The notes: generated from the sequence alone by a model not told the origin. A DNA stretch of 57,277 bases, filler included, from Sphacelaria rigidula (GCA_964200075.2; 4 parts of 4 records of this genome joined end to end with filler, not necessarily neighbours in it), one strand, 5' to 3'. Counted from the whole stretch's first letter, positions 11,889 through 24,713 are shown. A program made the numbers and translations.

Positions 11889-12204
11889 GGAGACGCTTTT
11901 AACCCTTCGACCGCGGTGCGGGTATAGTCCATCTGGATCATGCATACTTTTTTTCAGGTGAATGTTTATGCCGATTCAGCAGGTGACCTACCCTCGCGGT
12001 CTAAGGGTTAACCCTCGGTTTCCTCGGGAAGAGTCTGTGGTCTCGAGGGATCTTCCCTTCTGTCTCTCCCCTGTTGGATGCCTTGCACTTGAGTATCGCG
12101 GATGGTATCATAACCAAACACTCCCGCCCCGCCTCGCCCCTTGCCGAATACGCGCGGCAATTTTTGCTGCTCCCTTAGTCACGCTTTCAACGGCGGAAAA
12201 ATCC

Positions 12205-12525
12205 GATATAGTTGATGTAATGGTCCGACTGTCGCCATTGGGGTGGGGAAAACGAGGGTTCGATTCCCGATGCGTTGGGTTTTTTCTGCGTAGTATCTGA
12301 TTCCCAGCGTGGACAGCGTGAGAATGTGAGTGAAAAGTAGTTGACCAAGTTTGGTTGACGAGAGTTGATGCGGTGCGGGAAAGTGTTGGTCATGATCCAA
12401 TCCGCGAGACCGAAATGTAACGCGTGTGCCGGGGGGAGACGGGTTGATCCCTTGAGACCACGGACTCGTCCCGAGGAAGAGGAGGGGTTCAAAGTGCGAC
12501 AAATACATGAAAAAAAAAAAAAAAC
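12205..12525 (+). mobile_element. tRNA-derived SINE
   Basis: A-box-like tgatgtaatgg, B-box ggttcgattccc, conserved tail gagaccacggactcgtcccgaggaag, A15 tail. Colinear with 23986-24300. Confidence 0.8.
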
Positions 12526-12730
12526 TTGACTTCTTTGAAAAATTAAGACTGAATGTATGCGTCTGCATTCTTCCCGACTGTCATCAGGACGAGTGCTTGT
12601 TTTAAGGGTTCAACCCCCATCATCTCTCTTGGGGGTACCTATCCTGCAGTATTTTTATGGAGCTGTGGATGAAAACCATGACCATTCCTACAGGCCGTCG
12701 GCTTCATCGGGTCTACTTCTCACGTTCTTA

Positions 12731-13928
12731 CAGGCTGGGCCAGCCTACAAGTGGATTTGTACTTTGCAGCCGAATTCGCAATTTATTTTTTGGAGTTGCA
12801 AAGTGAAATTTGGTATGGACAATCAACAGGGCATGAAGAAAAACTGTCTGTGAGGTCCCGAAGATTTTTTTAATTTCATGAGTTAAGGGCACTTTACTAA
12901 AACCTCAAAACTGATTATTGCCCTTAACTCATGAAAAAAATCTTCCGGACCTCACAGACAGCTTTTCTTCATGCCCTGTTGATTGTCCATACCAAATTTC
13001 AGTGTTCAACTCCAAGAAAAAAATTGCGAATTTACCTTCGAAAAACCGGGCCGGTGGAAATTCGGAACAGTATTTTGCAGACCGTTTATCGGCCCACGTT
13101 TGGTGTTTGTGGGTTGAAACTTTGTGCGGGACCTCGCTAGGCCATGATGAAACAAGAAAAACGGGTGAGGTTGGTTTTTATTTTTTATTCTTCACTGATT
13201 GAGGGCGTTTTAGTATGGTAACGACCATTTTTTTACGAGAATGCCCGAACCTCTCATCACAAAAAAAATGAAGGCCCATGTTTTCTTTTCACTCAGCATA
13301 CCTCTGTCGTTCTCCATGCCAAGTTTCAAATCACACTTCTAAAAATTGAGCTGAAAAAATGTGATGAGGCCCTAGAGCAATGTTCATTTCTCCTCAAAAC
13401 TCCCCTAAAGACACGCAAAAACATGAAAAAAAACCCCGAAAAGGCTGCGTTTTTTCTTCATTATGTACTAGCGGTCCTTCATGCCAAATTTCATAGCACA
13501 ACTCTCAAAAAGTGAGACGCGATATCCAGATTTAGGTCATCTAGTGCCTCTGCTCGTAATATACTGACTTTAGTATCGAAATTTATGTGCGCCATATCTC
13601 GAGATAGATGACGAATTAGGTGAAGGTCAGGGTATCTATCGTCTTCCCGTGCTCTAGGGAAGGTCCACACCAAGAATCGTCATCATCCGCTCAATGGATC
13701 GTTCGGGGTTTCATATAGATTTTAGTGTAGACGCTATCTCCGCTAGGTGTAAGAATTACTATACATGGGGTTTACTCGACGAGGAAAACTTGGCCCAGAA
13801 TTTTCAGCAGATGGCACCTTCCCCTTGACTAGACGATTAGTACGATATGCGGATCACGGCCCAATTCGTCTGTGTCGTTGAGATATCGCTTTGAGAGCTT
13901 GAATCCGTTTTTAGGCTGGCCCAGCTCG
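12731..13928. mobile_element. Non-autonomous TIR transposon with TA flanks (Tc1/mariner-like)
   Basis: TA|CAGGCTGGGCCAGCCTACAAGTGGATT ... AATCCGTTTTTAGGCTGGCCCAGCTCG|TA. Internal ~200-bp hairpin at 12803-13003. Confidence 0.7.
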
Positions 13929-14039
13929 TATATAAAATGAAATGTTGCTAACCCCCGGGTACTGTGCAACTTCTGCACCCAAGCCCAACTCCCCGAACCT
14001 CTACATCACTACTCCGCCCGCCCCTCTCTTTGTCTGATG

Positions 14040-14200
14040 TATGGAAGCAGCGAAATGAGTGCCCAAATGTTGGAAGTTTCTCCATTAGGAGTAGGAACGG
14101 TGGCCCATCTTGAAAGAAATGCGTGGTCAATCGTCAAATGATTCAGGCAAGCAACAAATGAGTACGCCCCCTCGCCCCCTCCTCCCCCCACCCCCCCCCC
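14040..14200 (+). mobile_element. 3' end of the same LINE family with C-rich tail
   Basis: atggaagcagcgaaatgagtgcccaaatgttgga...aaatgagtacgccccc aligns with 7470-7606. Confidence 0.7.
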
Positions 14201-14246
14201 TGGTCCCGCTCCGCAGAGCACCCGGCGCACCCGCAGTCACGCCGAC

Positions 14247-14346
14247 NNNNNNNNNNNNNNNNNNNNNNNNNNNNNNNNNNNNNNNNNNNNTTAATTAATT
14301 AANNNNNNNNNNNNNNNNNNNNNNNNNNNNNNNNNNNNNNNNNNNN
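14247..14346. other. Artificial contig-joining spacer
   Basis: N44-TTAATTAATTAA-N44, which has stops in all six frames. Confidence 0.97.
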
Positions 14347-15119
14347 CGCCCCGCCGTCGGGGCTCCTCCCTCTTTTTTTTTTTTTTTATCACTTTTTCTT
14401 TCTCTATCAGCGGGGGGTGGGGGGGGGGGGGGGGGGGGGGTGCTATCGTGGTATCAGTCGAGCCTAGAGACAAGTAAACTTATTCAAAGGCGCAAAAGAA
14501 GCACCTGCGTTGTGCAGCAGGAGATGCTGCTGTGTAGTCATCGCCGCCTGCTCGGTAGCCAAGATTACTACTTACTACATCTAGCGAGCACGGTATACAG
14601 AACACAACTGCACCCAACCCTGCTGTAAGTGCCGTGGGAGAGTACAACGACCAACGGGACGGGACTACTTTGAAAACGAGGCTTCGCGGTCGAAGGATTA
14701 AGCCATTGGCTTAGACCAAATCGGCATTGTTCGGATCTGTGGAATTTGATTGATTTGATTGTCGCACTTGAAGTGATTCTCCAGGGATCCAGCGTCGGTC
14801 ACTTGATAGACGTACCCGTAAAGTACTTGTCCTTTCACAACTGTTCCTGATGTGAAGAGTGTGAATAGTCAGGTTGGTCGCCAAAAATGACAGCATATCG
14901 TGGATGAATGAAACCGAACGAGCGCGTTGATTGTTTTCTCTACGTGAAGTGTACTACTGAGAGACAAAAAAAGGAACAGCACCAGGGCTTCCCACGTGGT
15001 CCCCCGCCGTAATACTAGCCTGGCCCGACGTCGCTTAACTCCACGGAGCGGACGGGATGTGGTGCTATCGACGTGGTATGGCCGTTCCCGCTTGAGGACT
15101 ATCACCTTTGCAATGTGAA

Positions 15120-16870
15120 AGGAGTTGGACACCCGTTACTACTCGGATATGTTTCAAGGGTGCGTGGGGTTTACCCGATACCCGGGTGTCTTGAAACGAG
15201 GTACTTTACCCGTAAGTGCTCAAAATTTTTGTCGAGTTTTGATATTGTACCCAAATCATCAAATATTCGAGTGTTGATATCATAGCTAAATCTACCCAAA
15301 ATTTGAGTATAGTACCGAGGTTATACCTATGTGACACTACATACCCGGGTATTTCCGGGAGTACTTACCCAAACCTTGGGCTGAGCATGGACATCAGGCC
15401 CGACTCTACCCAATATCTGGGTAGAGTAGTGAGATCATACCAAACTTTACCCGACATTTGGGTAGAGGATTCCCGGCTGTTGTCCCCCGAGTGTTCGGTA
15501 CTTACATCTGTCTATCGATTTTCAAAACCCCGTATTCGTGAGTCTTGTGATCCTGCATTAAAAAATCGAATTATTATTTGTAGTGTTGTTTTCCTTTGTT
15601 TTCACAAATATACGTGCCATACACCACACACCACCCAACCTACCAACGGTCGGACGAATTAGTTACTCGTCTGGAAATTACTTGATTTTAGTGAAATAGA
15701 TTCGTACAGTACGAATCAATCATTGGTATTTGTTTCCGGCGTTGCAACCTTGGTCACGCCCGCCAGGCACGTGGAATGGCGCAAAATTGTGTAGAGACGT
15801 TTTTCGATCAGCGGGCAACGTTTTTGTCTCTTTCGAGCAATCAGACCTGGAAAAAACGACGATGCTTCGTCCGAACCTTGCAAACTACTCAACAGACCTC
15901 GCGGCCAGTATACCGTAGGACAGGACAGGACGGGACAGGACTGGCAATTGAATACTCACGTATACTTCGCACCAGTTTGTACACAGTGCAATAGATTGTC
16001 CGTTGAAAACATCAAGGGCATCTCTCGCTGTCGTGTTTGTTTCTTTCAGTTCACGAGGAGAGTGTTAAAACACCACACGCTGCCGAAGCTACTGTACAGA
16101 CAGTGCAGCCAAGCATACTGTTGTATTTTTGTTCACACAGTATACTGCATTGTCCTGCACCGAAGTACACCTGGTGCACTGTCTCTAGTTGGCTCGGTAG
16201 CGTGTGGTCCGCTTTGGCGCTTATTGTTTTTCCGTCAACCCGTGTACTTAAATATATGCAAGAAGGGAGTTGTTGTTGTTTCTGTTGTTGTCTTCACCTT
16301 GAGAACCGTTCCGATATCTACGCGGTACATCCGTACTGGGCATCTGATGCCGACGCCTTCCGTAGTCACAGGCTAGCAACCTATAATAAGGTATGATGAA
16401 ATCAAACGAAAAAACAAACATAGACCCAGAAAGAAACATTTACTGGGAACTGAAATCTGGCGACAATTCGGAGATATCATGTGCGGGGCGATGAAACTGC
16501 ATGTTTCTTTTTTACTGGTGGTCAACATTCGCCCTCAGTCAGGTTGGTCTGCGAAGTGACGTCTCGAAGTCACTAACGGTCAGGGTTACTGAGATTAATT
16601 ACTCAATATTTGGGTAGAGTATTGATATCGTACCTAATTGACCCAACACTTGGGGTAGAGTATTGAAAACATACCCACGTGATACTCTATGCCCGGGTAT
16701 TGGCAAGAATACTTACTCAACATTTGGGTAGAGTATTGATATTACACCCATCTCTACCCGAATTTTGGGTCGAGTTTTCGAGGTCGTACCCAATCTACCC
16801 AAAACTTTGGTAAACTGAATAGCCGGGTATTGTACCCGGGTATTGAAAGTACGTACTCTACTCAACTCTT
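15120..16870. mobile_element. Non-autonomous element with TACCC/GGGTA subterminal motif clusters
   Basis: Clusters of tacccg/ctacccaa/gggtagag at 15130-15510 and 16580-16865, weak AGAGTTG-like termini. Confidence 0.5.
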
Positions 16871-18681
16871 CCGCACGACGTAGCACCGTCGACTTCTGTG
16901 TTCAGGACATGCACACGTTACATGAACAGTGATTTATTCGATTCGCCTTGTACGAATGACGGGGTTAGTTTGGATAAACGTGCAGAGAAGTCGTGTGCAC
17001 GAGTCAAGCGCGAGAGAAAAAATAGCACAATTGACGTCACACGAATCAATAGTGGGTTTTATATACGAATATCTCCCTCCTTGTATGCCCATCCTCTCCC
17101 ACAAGCAGAGAGCGACAGACTCACGTCACCTCAGACCCGATCAACCATTGATAAATATGATCGGCGTGGTGTTTGGCGATCCACGTTTCCCTCACGGCGG
17201 TTTGGTTCGCAGAATGCGCCACAGCATGCAGCTATGGAGCCGGCAGTCATATGCGGTATAATGCATGGGGTACTGATCGCTCTGTACTGTGCTATACTGA
17301 AGGTACACTACCTCACTGGACTGGAGGGGGGGCACAGGTAGCCGAGAAGTAGAAGTAAGGTACGCTCGACGAAGCGGCTTGCGGGGCGGTTGTTGGCGGA
17401 GTAGTCGATGCCCTGAACCCCAAATGCGTGAGAAAGAACCTCGGGCAGAAAAAAGAAGAGCGAGCTACGAGTATAACGTGCCACCATTGTCAATGAATAT
17501 CGTTAAGATGGAAATTAAGAAGCGGCGACCATGGACGGCAAGAGACTTGAGGCGCAAAGGAGGGAGGACACTACACTTGGAAAGATCACGAGCAGCTGCG
17601 GTGATCCATGACTCATGGCAGTAGCACCGAAGTCGATGGAACTGACGAGCACCTTGTGTGCGCTCTCCTCAAGTGCAGCAACCCACAAGATACTAGCTAG
17701 GCAGTGAGGACAACAACAGGGGACGGTATGATGGAAGGCCCGACTGATGACAGAGAAGCAGCGAGTGACCAAGCGAACGCTCTTCAATACATACACAACC
17801 CCCCCCCCCCCCCCCACACCCCCACCCCCACCATCACCACCCCAGGACCCCCTACCGTTGGACACCGCATAACGAAGAAANNNNNNNNNNGGGGGGCCGC
17901 GGCAAGAAAAAAAGATCGGTGGGTTTCCAAGCGGACGCCTGTTATTCATTACACAACCCCCCCCCCCCCCCGATCCATCTGCCCCCTATTCCTCCTACAT
18001 GCAGGTTTTTTTGGCTGAAGAGAAGACAATCTAAGTAATTTATGTTTACGAACGCCATGATTCCGCACAAGGAAACGGTGTTCCCACAACGAATGCTACA
18101 TATGCACTCTTCAGTCTTCCGATCAACGACGGCGGTTTGATACGTTGCTGTAAGTCTCCTATCTCGAACCAACAGCCCTCACTAGGCAGTATTCGGGGTG
18201 AGAGCTCTTCCTCGCGGGATTGCGTCGACGCGAGGGCAGTAAAAGCGGCTGCCTACCCCTTACAGCAGCTAGATCGTTGACTAGACAAGCAGGCACGCAA
18301 ATGACTGTACAGGGGCTGACTCGGCTGTAATCACGGTTCTTGCTTTTGTGCCACGAGGGTGCACCTGTACCTCAAATTTCTTCGAGTGATAACGCACCTT
18401 ACTGCAGACGCGAGTACCCAAGTAGCTGTTAGGGTCCCGAATCGTATTCAGGGCTTTATCCGGGTGGTCCGATGAGAGCAAAATAGGGAAGTGAATCACA
18501 GCTAGTAAAAAGGTACATCGTAAGTCAGGCCGTACTAACGAACCCCAGAAAATGTAAACTATAGTCTTGACCGTGATAATCAGATCAGAGGGGGAGGGGG
18601 GGTGCGAAAGAGTCGTGCAGTCCGAATGACGAGCGGGAGGAGTCTACGTTTGGTTGATAGAACATGACCAGACAAGCCGCA

Positions 18682-19428
18682 GCGCCCCAGTGGTCTACTG
18701 GTACAACTGACATCGTGAAGGGCGGGAAAACGCAGGTTCAATTCCCGCCACGTGCATTTAGTTTGTCTTTCTCTCTCGAAACTATTCCTCTGAAGCCGGT
18801 CGCCCCCGGTGGCTCGGTTGGTAACCTCGAAACGATCTGCGAGTTGGGTCGTGGGTTCGAATCTTGGTGCAGTCACACGATCTGAGATTTTTCTCACACA
18901 ATGCCCAACAGTGGAGAGCGACTATGTCGTGGGTACACAAACTTCGACTTCGCGGTCGAGAGTGACTGCTGTATCCCTCTCGCGATAAAAATAAGGTAAG
19001 CACAGCAGAAGGAACGTGAAAAAGTAGAAAAAAAACACTCCTGCGTTGGCCTTCCTCCTGTGTGGCACCCGCTGCTGCACCCACATGAACCGAAAAGGTG
19101 TAGACTGGCAACCAGAATAGATGGGATGACAACACACACATGACACATTCAACTTCCGTCGTCGATAGTGTGAAGCAGCGAAAGAGTCCGTTTGGCTGAT
19201 CTTGTTCGATAACAGTCGACGCGATGCGGGAGTGCTGGTCCAACCCGCGACAACAAAATGTAAGGTGTGCACCAGTGGAGAGATGGGTTCATCTCTTGAG
19301 ACCACGGACTCGTCCCGAGGAAGGGAACGTCCTTCAAAGAAATAGCCCAAAAATATCTGGCGGGAATCGCACCCGCATTTTCCCCCACCCTAATGGTGTG
19401 CATTGTACCATTAGACCATCGAGGCGCG
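18682..19428. mobile_element. Cluster of tRNA-headed SINE pieces (18682-18760 +, 18801-19335 +, 19357-19428 -)
   Basis: Three heads of the form gcgcccc.gtgg...tggt...ggttc.a.tc. The second continues to the shared tail gagaccacggactcgtcccgaggaag. Confidence 0.7.
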
Positions 19429-19655
19429 ACGACAACCTTGCACCAGCTAAAACTCACGCCAGGAGTGTGGCACCCTTTACGCTGACTGAGCGCTTCCAGC
19501 ACCCTGCGCGGACGGCATTGCTTTCAGGGTGCAGATATCATAGCACTTGTTGTGGAAGCACACCACACATGACAAGTCTCAGCAATATGGCACACCTGCG
19601 GATTCCCGCTTGCACCTACAGCCCATTGTACATGCACACCACTGTGAGTTCTCAC

Positions 19656-20356
19656 CTATCGCCTTGAAACTTGCACACCCTGCAGTAAAATGGCACCCTC
19701 TCGGATGATCGAGCCTCATAGTTGGCCAACAGCTCCTTCACAGCACCCTCCAATCCCGCGGAGACGCCCGGGCCTCCCCCGTCTGCATTCTTGTCAGCAC
19801 CATCCCTCCTGCGCTTCTTGCTTGCCTTTGTAGGTGGGACGTCCCCGGACGTCTTACTCTTCTTCGACACGCCGCAGCCAGGCAGAGGGAGTAGGTGTCG
19901 CGGTAGTGGTTGAATTTTCTCCGCATCTAAGGGGGACACTAGCTTGTGTGTGCTGCCGCCGTTGTGTTTGCTGCCTCTCCCGGCAGCCGATGCATCGTCT
20001 CGATCTTCATCAGTTCCTGAGCTACTCTCACTACCGCTACCTGAATCCTCTCCGTCTCCGCTAATACCGTCACTGCTGCTCCGTAGCTCACGTTCTAGAG
20101 CTGCGATTTTGTCATCCACAAGGTCTTTATCCTCTTCTCCTATGCACCTCACGAGGCCATCTGAGATGGTACTACTCCCAGCTGCCGGTGCCGCCGCTCT
20201 CTTCTTCCCTTTGTTGCAGTTGCCCTCAGCGCTCGTGCTACTGGCAGTGAGTCCATGGTGCGCTGATCGCTCTTGCTTTGCTGGTGGTACTGGTCTGGGG
20301 CGTTTCGATAGCCCTGCGCGCTTCAGCAGCTGTGAAACACTCGGCGGGCGGGACAT
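19656..20356 (-). CDS. First coding exon of a putative C2H2/U1-type zinc-finger nuclear protein
   Basis: MSRPPSVSQLLKRAGL...acidic/Ser-rich region...KKRRR...LLANYEARSSERVPFYCRVCKFQGD, ending at an AG|GTGAGA donor. The CxxC is cut by the intron and downstream exons were not identified. Confidence 0.75.
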
Positions 20357-20988
20357 ACTATTTTCAAGAACAACAACCGTCTTTGCTCTGGTCACAGGCG
20401 GACACCCACACATGCGAGCGAAGGCAGCAGACACCCAGCCTTCTGCATTTTCCCTGCTTTTGTATTGATCACACTAGATTAATATATTTGAAGGCCCGTG
20501 GGTCACATATTGCGGCTGGAACAAACATATAATCTCTCCACTCAGGGAGGCATTCAACAATCGTCCACCACAAAATTCAACAACAAAGGAAATATTTTTA
20601 CATTCATATGGAAGAAATATGACTAGAGGGTCTCTCAAAACAATTGGGAAAGTGTTCTTCAAGGTGAGATTGCTCTATTTCTATTCAATTACTTTTCCTG
20701 CTGCATATTTAATATTATCGCATGAACACGTGCCATTATCCATTAATTTGAATTTCTTGAGGTTTTCGGAACACTTTCTATCCCGCTGTGTCATGTTGCT
20801 CTCTCCTAACTGTCCCCTGAGGCGGCTGCCCGCTACACCTTGTCGCGTGCTGTGCTTGTGCTTGTCGTGACTATCTTGAGCGTTTTACGGTTGTGTATAC
20901 TATATACATTCAAGATTCTCCAGAACATCAGACAGTTGTCCTACATCTTGCAGCGCTGTACACAACCAACCTGCTTCAACGGGGAGAT
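20357..20988. promoter_or_regulatory. Probable bidirectional promoter region with likely EXO1 5'UTR intron (20664-20953)
   Basis: 632 bp between divergent ATGs with an AT-rich core. AAG|GTGAGA at 20663 and TTGCAG| at 20953. Confidence 0.5.
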
Positions 20989-21123
20989 ATGGGAGTCTCG
21001 CAACTGCTCAAGGAGCTGAAGCCCTGCCTAACCGACTGTCACGTGGAGAGGTATCGGGGGGAAACTGTGGCGATCGATGGGAACGCCTTCATCTTCCGGG
21101 GAGCCTACAGCTGCAGTGAGCAG
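20989..21123 (+). CDS. EXO1: Exonuclease 1 (XPG/Rad2 family) exon 1
   Basis: MGVSQLLKELKP...YRGETVAIDGNAFIFRGAYSCSEQ, the XPG-N signature. CAG|GT donor. Confidence 0.92.
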
Positions 21124-21744
21124 GTACATGGCATACAGTTTTCCACATCGCAGACAGCAGGTCGATTGCGCCACGCAAGGTGCTGTGGATTTGCATCGGC
21201 AGGATTCTCTGGGTGGGGTCCTGCCATGCAGACATTGGGGCTGGACGGCGTGTCAGCTGCGTGTCAGCTGCAATTTACACTGCGCTGCTGCACCTTGGCT
21301 GCACTGATGGTTGTACTGTCCACCTTTATATGCCCAAATACACGGCAAACACGGCGGGGTGAAAGGCTTAGGTTGATATGCACTAGTTTTGGTTTTGGTT
21401 TTCCTCTTCACACCCAACCTCTTCGCTGGTTGGGATTGCCGTCAATCCCCCACAGAGTTGGAACACCTTTCCAAGTTTCCCGGCGCCATCGCGGTTGTGA
21501 AATCCACTTACAGTGACCGACTGTTGTGGTGTGCACCGTCTATTGTTCGTCGACCTCGCTCGTGGATCTCCCCCGGAGACAGTACAGTGCGGACCATATC
21601 TAGCCGTGATGTTCCTCATGCCCACTTCAGCAATGAAGCACGGTCGAATCAAGCCCAACCAAGTGCCCCTGATTCCAACGACGCCCGAGGCGCTGACAAC
21701 CCTGAACCTCACCTTGACCCTAACCCCGACACTCGCGAGATCAG

Positions 21745-21864
21745 GTCGCCACGGGGCAGGCAAGCCCTGGGGCTATAGCTTACGTGAAGAAGCGGATACT
21801 CATGCTCAAGCACTACGGGGTGCGACCGTGGGTTGTGCTGGACGGCCGGCGTACCCCCATGAAG
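21745..21864 (+). CDS. EXO1: EXO1 exon 2
   Basis: VATGQASPGAIAYVKKRILMLKHYGVRPWVVLDGRRTPMK (P-x-x-V-x-DG motif). AG/GT flanks, phase 0. Confidence 0.92.
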
Positions 21865-22299
21865 GTGAGATATATGGGCAATTGTGACCGTGCACTTGCT
21901 CTGCCAATCTTCCGATTCTCACAACGTCATCAGGATGAGTACCTGGGCTCAAGGGACTAGCACTCCCGCACCGCATGGACTCTCGCCAGATCAAGTATGT
22001 TTGCTACTCACATTCTGACGTTTTTAATGAAGGAGATCAGATGCTTATTCAGAGAAAAAAATGAATTGGATGCATCTGCCGGAAATCGAATCTGCATTTT
22101 CCGACCTATTGGCGTCAGTGATCTCATTACACCACCGGGGCGCATGTACATACAAAATAGCGTACTCAAGATACAGCGCGTGTTTGTACGACAATCGCCT
22201 ACATGCACGCATGCATGCGATACTGACCGTTGCAATAAAGGGTAGGAGCGTCCGTGGAAGAGCAGAAAAGTCAAGTATAGGTACACAGCGTCTGTCGCA

Positions 22300-22790
22300 G
22301 CGCCCCGGTGGCTTACTGGTACAACTGACACCATTACGACGGGGAAAACGTGTTTTCAATCCCCGCCGGATGCGTCTAGTTTGGCTTTTCCCTCAAAAAT
22401 ATCTGATTTCCTTCGTTGACAGCATGGGGACGTGGGTAGCAAAACAATCTGTTTTGCTTGGTTTGTCAGTTTTTTTTTACGGCAGTCGAGACTGCGCGGG
22501 AGCGCTGATTCAATCCGCGATAATAAATAGTTTGGCACCTCCCTCAGAAGTATCTGGTCTCCGTCGTTGACGAAAGCGTCGGGACGTCAGGAGCAAAAAT
22601 GGTTTGTTTGGCTAATTTTTAGGCGACAATCGATGCGGTGCTGATGGTCACGATCCAATCCGCAATCCCAAAACGCAAGGCCTGCACCGGCGGGGGGGGC
22701 GGGGGGGGCAGAAGGCGGACATGCATCGAGGAAAAGATGAGTTGATCCCTTGAGAGAACGTCCCGAGGAAATGGAGGAGTTGAAAGTCAG
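22300..22790 (+). mobile_element. Diverged tRNA-derived SINE in EXO1 intron 2
   Basis: gcgccccggtggcttactggt head and gttgatcccttgaga...cgtcccgaggaa...aaagt tail. Confidence 0.6.
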
Positions 22791-23116
22791 AAGGGGAGGA
22801 ATGGGACTGCGTTTACCGTCTGTATCTCGCGTTAGCGGGGCGATCGCTATACGGCGCTATAAAAATCGGCAGCCAGCAGTACCGTACGCGTCGCGAGCTT
22901 GGTGCATGAAAGCTATCTTTGGAACCTTACCCGTCTGTTGACCTGAACAGTACTTGGCGGTTTGAACGACTGCTACCGTATGGTTCACAAGTGCATTCAC
23001 CGCGGAGAAAGAAAATGTGATGGAGATTCTGCAAATGATTTGCCCCTGCCATTATGCCCATGGTGTCGGTCAACGTCGCGGCTTGCGTCTGTGGAAATTG
23101 GTCGTGTGTGGGGCAG

Positions 23117-23254
23117 GAGGACACAAACAACGCACGGCGTGAAGAAAGGGAGAAGAACCTTCGGATTGCGATGGACTTGAAACGGCAAGCCGAAAGAGCT
23201 TCTCACGCCGAGAAGGAAGGCTTGCTTCAGCGGGCTCAGACGTTTTTCCAGAAG
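23117..23254 (+). CDS. EXO1: EXO1 exon 3
   Basis: EDTNNARREEREKNL...AQTFFQK (helical arch region). AG/GT flanks, phase 0. Confidence 0.9.
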
Positions 23255-23811
23255 GTGAGGGGTTATTGGAGTCGTTCAATGTCAAATGTTACGGAGGAAA
23301 AGAGTTACCACTGTTCAGTCATGCATCATCGTCCGCAAGAGTTATCATTGCAAAATATAGATGGAGCACAATGTAGTTTGTAGCGACCGGTATTCTTCCT
23401 GATTATTCAGTGAAAATGCATTCGTGAAAAACAACTGTAGGTATATCATCAGATTGACACGAATAATTTCTTGCGATCTTTATCCTGTCTTGTGAATTCA
23501 GATCATTGTATCCTGTGCAAACGAATGAGTCAGCAGAAAGGAAGAGCTACTTCGCTGCGGGAAGATCAAACCCCGACATAGGTCTTGAGGGGGAGAATAC
23601 CTAGTGAAGATCGTGCTAAGAAAAACCTCGGTGCTCTTCTGTCTGCCTGTTGTATTCATTTGTTAGTACATACAGCTGCGATCTACAGCTGCGCCAGAAA
23701 ATATCTGGCTTGTTTTTTCCCTTGCAATATACATCACCCTTCAGACGATGAATGGCGTCATGTTTCTCATGTATTCAGTCCTACTTATCACGCGTCCTGG
23801 TGTTTTACCAG

Positions 23812-23896
23812 GCAATCTACGTCACTAGGCAGATGGTAACTAACACGCTAGCGGCGCTGAGGCAGGAAGGCGTGCGGTGTATGGTCGCCCCCTACG
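23812..23896 (+). CDS. EXO1: EXO1 exon 4
   Basis: AIYVTRQMVTNTLAALRQEGVRCMVAPY+G. CAG acceptor, G|GTAAG donor, phase 1. Confidence 0.92.
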
Positions 23897-23985
23897 GTAA
23901 GCGCAGTGCGTGGCGCCGTTCCGCGGGTGTTTCGTAGGACCCGTTTCGCCGCGGCTGCTATTTGAACATTGAAGTATGTGCCGCG

Positions 23986-24300
23986 GCGCCCCGGTGGTGT
24001 AATGGTCCGATTGTCGCCGTTAGGGTGGAGAGAACGAGTGTTCGATTCCCGATGCGTTAGGTTTTTTTTTCGTAGTAACTAATTTCCACCGTGGAAAAAG
24101 CGTGAGAACGTGAGTAAGCAAAGTAGTTGACCGAGTTCGTTTGACGTGAGTTGACGCGGTGCGGGAGTGCTGACCCGATCGGCGAGAACAAAATGCAAGG
24201 CGTGTACCGGGGGAGAGATGGGTGGATCCCTTGAGACTGTTAGACCATGGATTCGTCCCGAGGAAGGGGAGGGATTCAAAGTGCAACAAAGAAAAAAAAA
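23986..24300 (+). mobile_element. tRNA-derived SINE in EXO1 intron 4
   Basis: A box ggtggtgtaatgg, B box gttcgattccc, shared tail and A-rich end. Colinear with 12205-12525. Confidence 0.8.
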
Positions 24301-24527
24301 GTGGATGCGGTATCCTCATCGCCGTATCGGCTCTCACTTTCCACTTCATTTCATGAAGTTGACGATTACCGAGGCCAACTCTGTTGCCGTTCAAAACTTG
24401 GACAGTCTCTTTGGTGATCGAGTTCAGCAATTGATAGTGAAATTACCAACAGGCGATGCGTAGTATCGGAAAGTATTCTTGATTCTGTCTAGTCCATGTG
24501 CTCCCCTCGTGTTACCAATGCTTGCAG

Positions 24528-24713
24528 AGGCTGATGCCCAGGTGGCGTTCCTGGTGAAGTGCGGGCTAGCGAGCGCAGTTATCACGGAAGATTCGGATAT
24601 CTTAGTGTACATGGCGGCAGTCAAGTGCACGGCCCCAGTGTTGTACAAGATGGACGGATTCGGAGAGTGTAAAGAGTTAGCTTTCGACGCCGAGAAACTG
24701 TCCAGCCTTCCAG
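24528..24713 (+). CDS. EXO1: EXO1 exon 5 (XPG-I catalytic motifs)
   Basis: Splices to APY-EADAQ...AVITEDSDIL, so the catalytic acidic residues are intact. The H3TH exon was not found before the contig end. Confidence 0.93.

Noticed and set aside
14291-14302. TTAATTAATTAA as a biological motif or piggyBac TSD
   Set aside because: It is embedded in N-runs of identical length three times, so it is an assembly linker.
17515-18499. Downstream exons of the zinc-finger gene
   Set aside because: No phase-2-compatible exon supplying the expected His ligands could be identified by eye.
23986-24060. tRNA gene (A and B boxes; also 12205, 18682, 18801)
   Set aside because: No complete cloverleaf or acceptor stem, and it continues into a shared body and A-rich tail, so it is a SINE head.
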